From Catajapyx aquilonaris (Eukaryota): a DNA stretch of 64,000 nt. Position 1 is the stretch's first letter. Each line of letters starts with the position of its first letter. Shown here piece by piece: positions 23,150-35,513 of the stretch. The notes below the pieces were generated by a model that saw only the letters and a list, made by a program, of their open reading frames with translations, had not been told where the DNA came from and made no database searches. The stretch spans positions 1 through 64,000 of the forward strand of contig KZ538165.1 of NCBI GenBank assembly GCA_000934665.2, in the 5' to 3' direction. Made by a program: the position numbers and the translations under genes.

Positions 23150-24493
23150 AAATGTTGTACTTTTAGAGGTAACCACTTCAAAGCAAAATCAAACTGCAAA
23201 AATCCAGACAAGATTTAATTGTGCAGTTGAAATAGGGTACTTTTCTGTTTGCTGATACCCGCACTATGAGCATTTTCTGGAACAGGCCTACCCTTTGTTA
23301 TAGTAACAATCCCCCCCCCTTTCCGATGCCGTCGCGTAGCAAAAGAAGTAAACAGGGTCAACAATGGAACAATTCCATAAGCGCATTCACAAGTAACGGC
23401 GGTTGTCATTGCCTTGATCTGCTCCCCGGGAGCAGCCCTTTGCCAATTAATATAATTATCAGTGGTATTTGGTAATTGTCAAAGCCACAATAACATTTGT
23501 TGGCCTGCGGTGCACAATGAGGACCGCATTGTTGGAGGATTCAAAACCCACAATAAGCACCTAGCTCCGCAAACGCTCCGCAATTAACTTAAGACATCAT
23601 GCACAGGCGACAAACCTGGAAGGGCCACAACAAAGGACAGCTCTGTTGCGGTAACATAAAGCAGCATCACCAACACAAATGGCAACTAAATTCATCCTTG
23701 ACCCTGTCAGGCGAGGGGAAAATATGGCTGACTGCCAAAGGCTCCCTACACTCGCCTGGAACTTGGAACTGTACTTCGCTACATAACCTATAGACTAGTA
23801 TAAATCTCGCACTATAGTCGATACAGCGAGACCACAATCACCGCCCCCCCCCTTCCCCCGCCATTGCCAGAATGATGCTGGGCGCCGGCCTCACTATAAC
23901 AGAAGGGAGTACCCTGCTATTGTTGACACTGTTTACTGCATCTCCATTGAATAACCCTGGAGTAACAAAGGGTAGGCCTGTTATTGTTGCCTGCCAAAAA
24001 AGTACCAAATAGTTCTTGGCTGTTATGGAAGTAAGAAAGGATGGCTGATGGTTCAAATGTGTGCACATGAGAGCATACCATTCTATTCAGCTACATTTGC
24101 GGACCGTTGGGACCGTTGCTGTTGCCGTTGCCGTTGCTGTTGGCTAGGGCTCGGTTACGCTGGTCTCGTTCTTCCAGCCACATGCGGCAATAGTCCATGC
24201 TCATCAACTTGCTCATATTGGGAGGCTCCTATTTTTGAATAGAGTTTCCATGTCACACCAATAGCTAAACAGGCCTATACTCTACCAAAAATAACCATGT
24301 ACTTACACGTGCGTAAGCTGGGGTGAAGCTTGGCTGCGGTATTCCCATGGGCCGGGGCGGGTAACGGGCAGGTGTTCCCAGGATGGGGTTGCAGGGCTGC
24401 AAAATTATTACATGACATCATTCAGTATACGCATACTGGCAACTTATTCTACACGAGCAGTTGGTATTGAGACTTGACTAATTCTAGGAGAGG

Positions 24494-24832
24494 AGGGAAT
24501 GGCCGAGATGGTAACGTCTCGGCTTGCTGAGTGAAAGCTAGGCCCCAGGTTCGATCCCCGCCTGGGGAACATTCCTTTCACCTGCGTCAGGAGGGTCTCT
24601 GACCTGCACCAAGGAGGTGTCTGGCAACCTAACCTCCTGGGGAACAGCACGTGACCCCTTTACCGACATTGCACTTGCACCAATGTTCCCTCCCCAAAAA
24701 TCCCTACCCTTACCCCATGTCCTTTCATCCTTGCACCGGAGTTAGAAGAAAAATAGAAAATTGAAGGAAAAATGGTGGTGTTCCACCCCCCTATAAGGGC
24801 CTATGGCCCTATCATGGGGTATAAAAATAAAA
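24494..24832 (+). mobile_element. tRNA-derived SINE family A (full-length copy 2)
   Basis: TGGCCGAGATGG A box, GGTTCGATCC B box, A-rich tail, 17-bp TSD actaattctaggagagg (24477-24493 / 24833-24849). Confidence 0.92.
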
Positions 24833-25105
24833 ACTAATTCTAGGAGAGGCAGTGTGTCTTACGGGTATGCGGCCGCAAATGATGCACTGGTGGGTTGGGA
24901 TGGACTTGGATTGGTCCATTTTTTGAATAGATTTGATGACCACTAAAATTTTGCTTGTAACGCTAGACCGAAAAGAAATGGAATAAACAAATTTTGTTGC
25001 CTAGTGACGTGAACCTAGGTCTCTGTTAGCAGTGTTGCCAATGGTGGTTTTTAGTTTCTGGTTATATGTTAGCACTCTATGGTGGGAATTGGTTATTATT
25101 TTTAA

Positions 25106-25157
25106 TAATTGTTAAATTTTCGACATGCGACGTCGCATGTCGAAAATTTAACAATTA
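25106..25157. repeat. 52-bp perfect palindrome
   Basis: taattgttaaattttcgacatgcgac|gtcgcatgtcgaaaatttaacaatta. Confidence 0.9.
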
Positions 25158-25426
25158 AAAACAATGTCCCAAATTACATCATGTATGCAGCAACTAACCT
25201 ACGTGTGGCGTCATCAATTTGCATTTAAGAATAAAGTCTCCATATACTATTCAGTCATAGAAGTTCCCAACTTTTTTAATGGTTGCTTGATGAAGAAGTA
25301 TAAAGAACTGAGCAAGGGTCTATGTGGATCATTTGAGTCACAAATAATATAACCACTCATAACTAATTAAAAGCTAGGTAAAGAGGACATCTCTGTACAG
25401 GGTGTTCCAATAAGAAATGCCAGTAA

Positions 25427-25767
25427 GGGGTCGTCCATATACCACGTGACCGAATTTTGGCCACTTTTTGACCCCCCCNNNNNNNNNNNNNNNNNNNNNN
25501 NNNNNNNNNNNNNNNNNNNNNNNNNNNNNNNNNNNNNNNNNNNNNNNNNNNNNNNNNNNNNNNNNNNNNNNNNNNNNNNNNNNNNNNNNNNNNNNNNNNN
25601 NNNNNNNNNNNNNNNNNNNNNNNNNNNNNNNNNNNNNNNNNNNNNNNNNNNNNNNNNNNNNNNNNNNNNNNNNNNNNNNNNNNNNNNNNNNNNNNNNNNN
25701 NNNNNNNNNNNNNNNNNNNNNNCCCCCCCCTCCCCCCAAAACGGTCACGTGGTATTTGGACGACCCC
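25427..25767. mobile_element. PIF/Harbinger-type MITE spanning an assembly gap
   Basis: TAA|GGGGTCGTCCATATACCACGTGACCG ... CGGTCACGTGGTATTTGGACGACCCC|TAA; N run 25479-25722 between C homopolymers. Confidence 0.8.
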
Positions 25768-27451
25768 TAATGGTTGGTGACTTTTAACCTTAGAATGAAT
25801 GAATACCAGCTGATGAATCACACAATGATTCAAACTGAACTGGCCTCAAGGTCACCAATGCTCTGTCAAAAATCAATAAGACGTGTAATTTATTCAAAAT
25901 GTGCATATTTTCTAACTCACCATAGTCATGAACGACTCTTATCCTTTTGTTACAATAATTAATTAGAAAGATAATAATTTAAAAACCAAAAACCAAAAAT
26001 AAGGGTTACATAATTATCACCCAGGTAAGCATTCATGAGTGTTGAAAAAGGGGTATGCATTCTATGGTTAAGCAGTTACTTCTCCACAGTTACAAGCAAC
26101 CACATAGTGTTCTATAAGCTGCAGTGCAAATGAGATTGACTTCAAAACAGAGGATCTCTTCCAGGATAGTTGTTTCCTCGACTCTCAATAATTTTTATTG
26201 AATGTACCAAATAATGTATCGAAAACTTATACATTCGCTTTTGTTCTATAGATTTGGGTTTTGCCCAAATACATACTATGAATTTTCACTTATGTAACTG
26301 ATTCCACTTCAAAATCATTACAGGAGGCTCAAAGAATTATACATATAAAATTTATTTTTATTTTTCAAGCATTGAGGTGCAATCAGGCCAAAATCTCCTA
26401 ATTCAACCAGGCCTTATGAAGGCTTGAAAAGCAAGCTACGCAGAAAGGAGATGCACACCTTTTCATTAGGCTACCCTGAACCTGAGAACTCCAATGCAAA
26501 GAGAATTATTTTACAAGTATACTAAGATTTCTCTATCAATTTTTCCCTCATCTAGAGGGGCCAGATGATACGAAAAACATGAGCAAAAAAACCAATGTTT
26601 CACCTTAGATTCACCCAGAACTTACCTACACTTTACCTGCACCTCATCTTGGATTCACCCTCTGAAAGTATGAGATTAGCTTGATTGTCCAAGTCCAACT
26701 CCCATCCCACTTGCTACATCAGCCATGCCAAGACATGTATCCCATCGGCCATGACAAAAGCACGTAAAGGCTCGAAATAATGCAAAACTATCAGAGACGC
26801 ACTTTGGTCTAAAGCGAGGAAGGCATTGCACGTAATACTGTATTGCAGTCCTCGAATGAAACATGGATGGAAATTAGCTCTTCAATAATAATTAATTTGA
26901 GGAGCAGGGTGATGCTGTAGGGTCGAAGGAAATTATATGCAGACATTCGTGGCACTTCTGTGCACATTTGCAATCGTTCTATTGAGAACCACCTGACTCC
27001 ATATTTCCAGTGCTGTGAATCACAGAAAGTGTTTTTACAATTACGACACGGATTTTTATTTTGCAGTACCATCAATAGCACACATTTTCAGAAATTAAGG
27101 TCAGTCTGAAAGCATTAGTGGGTAATTCAGAACTCAGAGCATATTCCAGCATATTGCCTATAAATCAATCATGCCTTTCCATTTTCTTACTCTATTCGCT
27201 AGACCTCACGGAGTCAAGGGACAGTCCTGGGTACAAATATAGTTACATTTCATGAACTGCTGACATATTGGAAACAAAAAATCTAATCACAGACTAATTC
27301 AGCATCAAGAGGCTTTCTTGGGCCCTGTAATCAACAGGGGAAAAAACATTCTCACAAAATAGGCACATATCCTATGAAACCATTCCTCATGTAGAATGAG
27401 CCATTTACTGTCGTAAATGAGTTCAAGGTTTGGCACTCTAAGTTCACAGAG

Positions 27452-28671
27452 TTAATCCAAATCAGTATCCTTGCAGAAAACTGAATCGCAGGATGATGCA
27501 ATGGGAAGTGAAGTTTCTGCCTCATAGGCAACAAGAGCTTCATACACAGCCCTCATCCATATAACCACAGCAAATGCTCCAGGGTCAGGGCCTGGAGCTT
27601 CCACTGCAGAGACATAGCTTGCTCGCCCAGCTTGTGCTATCATCTGGCATGTATTCTCACATCCAGCTTCTGCAGTCTCCACACCAATTTTGAAAATATT
27701 AGTGATGTTGATTTTGGAATCCTTCGAATGCACTTCTTTCATGGCATTGTAGGCAGGTAGCAAGGCGTCTATCATGGTTCGATCACCAATCTTCGCTTGC
27801 CCATGCTTCTGGACACCCCTGATTGCTGCTCTAAAACTTTGCATGCAGAGGCACTGCAGCCTCACTTGGTCATTGGTCCAATCGACACTGTTTACAGCAG
27901 CTACGAGAGCAATGGCGTACAAGGCACCTGAAGTCCCTCCCATGGATTCTTCAGCCACATTGGCCAGCATGCTCAAAACTAAACTAGGTGATTCAAGCTC
28001 CTCAACAGGTCGATGGCTAATTGTAGCTTTGAGAGCTTCTGCCCCACGGCGAAAAGTGCTTCCACAGTCTCCATCTCCGACACCAACGTCCAGGTGGTTC
28101 AGCTCTTGTTCTGAATTTATAAGAGAATCAGCTACCTTGTGGAGCACTTTCTCAATGAGTTCAGCAGGAAACTTGTGACCCTTAACACTTTGGTCTATCA
28201 ACTTCTTGGTATAAGGAGTACAGGCTGACGAAGACGCCAAGGCTTTGTCTGAAAATGCCACTTTGCAGTCCATGATGGAAGGCCAGCCAGGTGCCCCGCA
28301 GGTGGCTTTCAACCACTGCTGCATATGAAAATTCCCTCTCATCAGAGTCACAGAGAATCCTGGTGCTGCTAATGAAGTTACCACAGTTCCCTGGAAAAAC
28401 GGTCCTGTTGGGATCTTCAGACGTTGGCAATATTCATAGACTTCAGTTGCTATGACGCCTATTTCTAGGACTGAGAGTCCTCCGAGGTTGTTTACCAAAA
28501 CAGCTAACTCATTTCCTGGATTTCGTGGGAGCACTTGATCACCCGATCTGTTCAAAAGGATGTCTAGAAGGCATTTGACAGCTCCTGTTGCATTGGTGAC
28601 TTTCAAGCTCATAGTGCCTGATTCACCATGAATTCCTCGGCCAAGTTCTACTTCGCCCTCCATGAAGTTGC
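27452..28671 (-). CDS. TKFC: Triokinase/FMN cyclase (dihydroxyacetone kinase), coding exon 2: end of DhaK/Dak1 plus the DhaL/Dak2 domain
   Basis: taattgcag|GC acceptor; motifs ELGRGIHGESG, VNNLGGLS.LE, LD..VGDGDCG, MGGTSGALY, GDRTMIDAL, AGRASY, PDPGA; stop at 27452. Confidence 0.95.
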
Positions 28672-28850
28672 CTGCAATTAAAAACAATGACTCACAATAA
28701 TATTACTTCTGTAGGATTATTTACTTATTGTGCAACTTTGTTTTTTTAAAATAACTGGACAGTGCTAATGTTGAAAAGTTATTTGTAGTAGATATGATGC
28801 CTTTCTTCATGAGATGATGAGGATACAAGTCGCTGGGAATCCACACACCA

Positions 28851-29250
28851 TATTACCTCTCATAAAGCGGCATGCCGGTATAAAACGAGGTCGACCAGCA
28901 TGCCGGTATAACCCGGGAGTGGCTGGCATGCTGCAATTACTGAGGTAGATTTCTGTAATTTTGATCCTTGCTAAAAAAAAACTTTGAATGCTTCTGGTAC
29001 CGTACTAAAATAATGTTCCAATGAAAATGGGTGCGAGGTGTACAGGCTGTGAGAATATGCAAGTTCTGTTGCACAGTGCATATAAAAATGCAGAGTGTGT
29101 GACCAATCCCATCGTCAGCCTGCTTTGACAGGGGAACCCCCTGCTCCAACATACTGTTTAAATAGAGATTACGTGAATGCAACATAAAACACAAATACCA
29201 GGTTTGCATCTTATATGCACATCAGGTTGGATTGCCCCGAAAATTTGTGC
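28851..29250 (-). mobile_element. Truncated copy of the Tc2/pogo-type MITE at 41204-41794, inside the TKFC intron
   Basis: tattacctctcata...gaggtcgaccagcatgccggtataacccggg...ccaatcccatcgtcagcctgctttgacaggggaaccccctgctc is the reverse complement of 41490-41780. Confidence 0.8.
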
Positions 29251-30073
29251 CATAGAGTGTATGCGATTTCTTTCTGTGACCCAAACTGCCAGAGACGTAA
29301 AATTCATATGTACAGTCGGCATGGAAAAGGTAAGGACACTTGGGGGTAAGATGATTATTGACAAGTGTCCTTACCTTTTCCGTGCCAACTGTACTTTCGT
29401 CCCTGCCATGTTAATAGCAGTATTGTCAACAGGGTTTTAAAATGGCCCTTCCCACATTAGCAACAAGAACTCATTAGAATACTGTTATCTGTATGCATAT
29501 ACAACAAACACACTTAAAGCAGCTGTCAACTGGAGCCATGGCAGTGAAACTCAGAACTGCCTCTGATGACAAGGTACAGTAGTCCCTTTTCCCACCTCTA
29601 GCAGGAGCAACTTGCATCCTCAAGCTTGTTTCAATTATTGGTAGGCCTACACAATATTTTAGAACTGTAATTAATAATAAACAACTATATGGTTGCAATA
29701 TAAAATCCATATGGTGCCATTTCGCCCAGTGTAACTATCTTGTAGCACATAGTTGTCACCATAAATCTGACTTTAAATACCATTATCTGGAGCAAAAGGC
29801 TACATGCTAATTTTTCATTCGGTTCAAATTTTTCAATATTGCATGAGGTTGAGGCCCAATCACAAATGATGTAGCCTATCATTCACAGGGCTACAGGCCA
29901 CAAGGACAGGAAATTCACGCATAGATACAACTGGACCATTTTGCATACACAAAAGGTGTGGTTACTGTAGGCATGCAATCATTATGAAGTAGCTTCAAAC
30001 CTTTCCAAATTAACTGACGATCTCTAGCCATTTTTAGCATAACAATGTGGTACGAAACTATTATCAAACTTAC

Positions 30074-30722
30074 CAGTTGAAGGAGGAGATCCTGGGGCAG
30101 GTGGTGCGCCAGGCCACAGCATCATTGTTAATGTTGCCATCCGATTATTAAGCGAATTAATAGTGCCAACAATGTCCGCCAGGGATCGCTCTTCCTCCGA
30201 CATGGCTCCTGCAATCTTCCATGCCAAGACACATCCAGCAAGTCCTCGTCGACCAGCTCTAGAAGGAGGTTCCACGGCAACATCTTCCCCAACAGTCACC
30301 ATGTCTATGGGGCATGTGGACAGATAACTCCTGGCTCGTTCCAGGGCAAGTCCAAAATTGAGCCGGTCACCAGTGTAGTTCTTCACCGCCAGCAAAATGC
30401 CAGATGGGGTGGTTACCTCCATGATGGTATATATGGCTGCTAATATAGCTTCTGGTGGTGGTGAAGCAAAAACAGCTCCACAGACAGCTGCACTTAACAA
30501 GCCAGGGCCCACCAGTCCGGCATCTGCTGGCTCATGTCCTGATCCACCGCCACCGATGATGACCACCTTGCCTTTCAAGTGGCTCATATCACTCCGAAAA
30601 ACAATATTGTGCTTTTGATGTAGCAGCACACTGGGGTGCATCCTGACAAGGCTTTCCAGGCACATTCTTACGCTGGAAGAAGCAGGGTCTACCTCGTTCA
30701 GAAGCAAATGTCGTAAGGCCAT
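30074..30722 (-). CDS. TKFC: Triokinase/FMN cyclase, coding exon 1 (DhaK/Dak1 domain)
   Basis: ATG at 30722; motifs GGGGSGHEP, AVCGAVFASPP, KNYTGDRLNFGLA, GRRGLAG; phase-1 donor ACTG|gtaag joins exon 2 in frame (PSTG-NFMEG); total ~622 aa. Confidence 0.95.
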
Positions 30723-31093
30723 GACTCCAATATATAGATACCTGAAATATTATAATAATTATTTTATTGAATGTCCACAAAGCTTGCCACAATTACTCTA
30801 TGTGAAACCTTTCTTGCATTCCATATGTATAATATGGGCATTTTAAGTTGTCAATTAATGCTGTCTATCAGCATAGCTTTTGTAAAAATTATATTCACAA
30901 ATCATGTAAGGGGTGGTTGCAGCAGGACGGGATTCAGTAAGAATGTCACATTGTTAATGGTTCCACAAACTACATGTATTTATCGAGAGAGAAAAGCATT
31001 GAGTCTGATATTCATGGGCCACCAGAGATCGGGCAATTAAGAATCTGCTATATTTACTGAATCCCGGCGCCACTGGTGCAACCTGCTCTAAAA

Positions 31094-31330
31094 GGCAAAA
31101 TTACCCTAATGATTTCGAATCCATTACGGAGAAAATTGCATGTAAGGTTACACACACATGCAGTACCGTAGGCTACATAATGCGGAGTGATCCTGTGCTT
31201 TAGGTGACCCACGTAGCAAGGGAGGTTGAGGGTTAGCGTATACTGTACTGTAGGCTACTGTGTAACCTTAACATGCAGTTTTGTCCGTAATGGATTCGAA
31301 ATTGCATAAATCAATCAGAGGAATTTCGCC
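31094..31330. mobile_element. Small hairpin MITE
   Basis: tttcgaatccattacgga...tgcatgtaaggttacaca pairs with tgtgtaaccttaacatgca...tccgtaatggattcgaaa. Confidence 0.65.
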
Positions 31331-32820
31331 TAAAAGTCCAATATGAAGTGGGCACTTTCTCATCACCATGTGTATCATCCCTTCGTTTACACACCAGATT
31401 GACTGTCAGTGCAGTAAGAGCGTGCCAGAAGTACCCGTATTCGTCTGAATTCTGAATTTACAGTTTACTTACTGGCTGTACTGTGTACACTGAGGACATT
31501 ACACCAACATTACACTGTATAATGGCGAAATGCTATACCTTACGTTCCTAATACTCATTAAGGCTCGAACTAGGACCACGGCTAGCGGCTCATTTTTCGC
31601 GTCGATTGTCAAACTAAACACTGGACGGAAATGAAAGTGGTCGTCTCATTTCACAGGATTTCAGGTGTCTGTCTTCCACAAAAGCCGTAAATTTTTTATT
31701 TTAATCAGGAAGGAAACAATTTTTTTTAATGAAGATGGGTATTTATGGCCGTCTAAAATAGCTTGTTCAGTTGTTCCCGTAATAACACACTTCTGGCACG
31801 CACACATTTTCGTCTTCACACCAAAAGGCCAAAAAGCAAAATAGATAGATAAATAAAATAATACATACACACAAAATCCTTTGAAATCAACAAAACGCTC
31901 AAATACAGGACCAAATCCATTCGAAAGTTGGAGTAAAGTACTCAGGCCTTCGTACGAGGGAGTATTAAGAGTTAATTCGTATTAAGAGAGTAGACATTGG
32001 GTCATCCAGTATTATTATGAGAGCAATATCATCCTACCAAAGTATGCAACCTAAGCACTCCTCCTGTCTTACTTGATGATATATCTCACAGGGTTAATTG
32101 GAAGCGACATAGTACTAAACTGCTACCGTCCTTGAAGCGATTAGGCTTGCACATAAATTAATTACTGATGCTGACCGCCCCCAGCTAAAGAGAGTCAAGT
32201 ACGTCAGTTATAATTACCACCCAGAAATAATTTGGAATCGTCTTGTTGCATATTTATAATAACTAGAGTCATGAAACCCGACCTTCGACTCATTCAAGTT
32301 ATCGTACACCTAATAACGGGAGGATTCATTAGAATCCTTAAATAATTTAAATGGCAGATAATTCATCAAGTAGAATCAGTGGTTATGAAAATTGCGTTCC
32401 AGACGAACAAGGAAAAGATATTTTAAAATCCGCGGCCCCCTTTCCGCCCTGAGCAAGGTCAAGGTTACAAGTTATATCATGAAGCAACATGGCAATAAAT
32501 GATACAGAGCAAGATAAATAATACAAAACGCTAATGTCAAACCTACCTAAACTACGCAGAGACCAGTTGTATGTTTATAGCTGAATAACACGCCTGTATA
32601 CTGTACAAAAGTGACCACAAGTTGCACGTGTAGTAAGCCAGCTGGATTGGACGTGTTTCTGGCCAATGACGAAGAAGATATTCTACAGGATAAAGTGTCC
32701 TAGCTGTTGTCAACAGTATGCAGCTTCGTGACATCTACAGATTATACCATTCCTTAGATATTGACATCGTTATCTGATTGCTAGGTCATGACACCTGCAG
32801 ATAGGAAATACCTTACTGGG

Positions 32821-32905
32821 TGACGTCATTGCTTTATAAAAGAGCGCGGGCGCTGAATTGCATCAGGCAAGTCCTAGTTACGGAATGGAGATAATAATCG
32901 TAAGT
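32821..32905 (+). promoter_or_regulatory. Putative core promoter and short first exon: CRE + TATA + Inr-like + splice donor
   Basis: TGACGTCA 32821-32828; TATAAAAG 32835-32842; TCAGG about 30 nt downstream; ATG at 32885; ATC|gtaagt at 32899/32900. Confidence 0.5.
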
Positions 32906-33043
32906 TGATATTACAATTCTTATCGTTTGTCATCAATTGCCATAGGACCTAAGAGCTCGAAGGGATCTCTTAAATAACATCATAACTGCCCGTATGCATA
33001 TCTCCGTTACATTTGCTAAATAATCAGATTTCTTAAAAAGATA

Positions 33044-33792
33044 AGGGTGGGGAAAAAGTCGTGGGCGGATTAAAACGACGCAGCATGGCGTAAGTAACGA
33101 ACAATTGTATTTTTTAAAAATTACACTACACCGAGAAAGTTATGCCATTTATGGATCGAGGTCCAAAAAAGTCACTTCTGGAAAACAACACCGGATAGAT
33201 GTCCACCTTTGCGGGCAACACATTATTCCCCCAAGCACCAGACGAAACCCTTCATAACGACCCGCTCCAGCATGTCCAGGTGAATGTTTCTCACGGGCGT
33301 CATGGCGTGTCTTATCTTCTGATCCTTAAGATCAGGCAATGACTGAGGACGTGTGGCGAACACCGAACAAATTAAAAGTCAAGTGTTTTTTGGAAGGGTC
33401 ATTTCGAGATTTAGGGGCATTCCTTGGCCGTCGCGGTCGCCGGATTTGACCACCCCCGACTTCTTCTTGTGGGGGTACCTGAAGAGTTTGGTGTTCGCCA
33501 CACGTCCTCAGTCATTGGCTGATCTTAAGGATCAGATAAGACACGCCGTGAGAAAAATTCCCCTGGACATGCTGGAGCGCGTTATGAAGGGTTTCGTCCG
33601 GCGCTTGGAGGAATGTGTTGCCCGCAAAGGTGGACATCTATCCGGTGTTGTTTTCAAGAAGTGACTTTTTTGGACCTTGATCCATAAATGGCATATCTTT
33701 CTCTGTGTAGTGTAATTTAAAAAATATATAATTGTTCGTTAATTACGACATGCTGCGTCGTGTTAATCCGCCCATGACTTTTGTCCCACCCT
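33044..33792. mobile_element. Tc1/mariner fold-back built from two transposon 3' ends
   Basis: 33044-33368 is the inverse of 33487-33792; ORF 33353-33664 gives RVISR...WPSRSPDLTTPDFFLWGYLKS...LEECVARKGGHL (Tc1/mariner-superfamily C-terminus). Confidence 0.9.
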
Positions 33793-34404
33793 ATAAGGGA
33801 GATCGGGGTCGGTTGTAACACTATTTAGTCTGGATTTTTTAAATTCAGTTACATAATTATGCATTTAGGCAACGTTTTATGACATGGTGGAAATATGGCA
33901 ACATTCCTCTTTGTAAAATTAACATGATAAAATCTTAAGATGAAAAATTGATAGATTTATAAATATTTTTCCAAGGCAAGGCAGAGTGTTACAACCGGCC
34001 CCATCATAGGGCCCGGTTGTAACACTGTCGTAAATGGTATTAAACTGCAATATGGAAGAACAGTTACCACCCACTCATCTTCTCGATTATTACCTTATAG
34101 CCTATTTGGTCCACCTACTGTAGATTACTCTTTATCTCTTGATACAGTGGAATTTATTCATCAGATACGGTAGGTATTACAAGAAAACGGATTGTTGATT
34201 CATATAAATTTTTGACAAACTGGATATGAGGCTTTATTGCACAAAATAATATCTATTTCTACTCTCAATATCCTGTGAGATATGCAGAGTCTGTAACATC
34301 TGTACACAGACTTGACCTTTCTCCCATGACTTTACCATGTTACAACTGACCCCAAGGAAGTTGTTACAGCCGTCCCCATTGTCTTGTAGATATGCTTACT
34401 ACTT

Positions 34405-34803
34405 TTAGACTTTCTCGAGAAATAAAGTCTTATAGAATGGCTCTGTCTGTCTGTCTGTGGACAGGTATCAGCCTGGCTGCCCCCCCCCCCCCGCCCCACC
34501 CCCTACCCATGACAGCCCATTCCCCCCTGACCAGGCAGACAGACAGAGCCGTGGACCCGTGGTATAAGACTTTTTCTCGATTTTCGGGTTCCGGGTTCAT
34601 TCTATCCGCCCCTTCCCCCTGGAGCCTGCGGCTGCCCCCTACCTCCCCCGCCCCTTTCTCCCACTACCCCCTCCCCCAGATTACCCTTGCCCCCTCCCTC
34701 CTCCTACCCCCTGATACCTGATACCTGTTCACAGAGGGACGGACGGACAGAGCCGTCGCGTCGTGCTATAAGACTTTTTTATATGTACGAGAAAAGGTCT
34801 AAA
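34405..34803. mobile_element. Helentron/DINE-1-like modules in inverted orientation
   Basis: ttttagactttctcg...aaagtcttatag...ctctgtctgtctgtc at the left; two reverse-oriented copies (gacagagccgt...tataagactttt) at ~34540 and ~34745. Confidence 0.5.
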
Positions 34804-35282
34804 AGATGGGTTTGCTAGGATAGATTTTTAAAAGGGGAAAGGGGCGGTCTGGAGGTAGGAGGAGGGAGGGGGAAAAGGGTAAGTCACTGATGACCGAAAA
34901 TGAGTTATGGGTGGTTTCAGTCCCAGTCCCGTGACGGACGTTGGGGACAATAGAAGCACACATGAAAAAGTCTACTCTAATCACGCTCACGTGATTTGCC
35001 AATCTTGTTTAATGTGCACATAATTTGGTCATCCATAATGTCAATGTGACACCACTAAAGGAACCTTTCTCATGATACCACGGGCAATTCAATAACACTT
35101 TTCCCCCCCGCATAATCACTTGATTACTGCCACTCAAAAAAGTTGGGAACTAACCTTGATTTTGGTTTTTTGCATATAGAAGTTAACAAAAAAGAAAAGA
35201 AAAAACAGAAAAAAGGAGTAGCCAAAGTTTTGCCTGGCTTAGTGCGAGTTTCAGCTTTAGGACCTTCCAAAAGTATTTATTA

Positions 35283-35513
35283 CTAGCTGCGATACCCGGT
35301 GTTGCTCGGGAAGAAATGAATGGAAAGCAAGCTGAAAAGGACAGGGGGGAATTCATGTAATTAATAATCGTAATTAAAGGAAGGCCGGGGTCGGAAGGAC
35401 GGGAGAGGTTGGAGGTGTAGGAGGCGGACCACACATAGCAGGCAAATGACGGTAGGCGTTCCAGGCGGACAGACAGACAGACAGATTACAAACGACTTTA
35501 TTTATAGAGAAGA
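35283..35513 (-). mobile_element. Non-autonomous Helitron
   Basis: Minus strand A|TCTTCTCTATAAATAAAG...(CTGT)n...CCCGAGCAACACCGGG hairpin...CTAG|T: TC/CTAG ends in an AT target, no TSD. Confidence 0.85.

Noticed and set aside
25363..25833. ORFs spanning N runs (also 62948-63379)
   Set aside because: Artefacts of assembly gaps at C/G homopolymers
27774..30618. Plus-strand ORFs 27774-28178 and 30397-30618
   Set aside because: Antisense shadows of the TKFC exons
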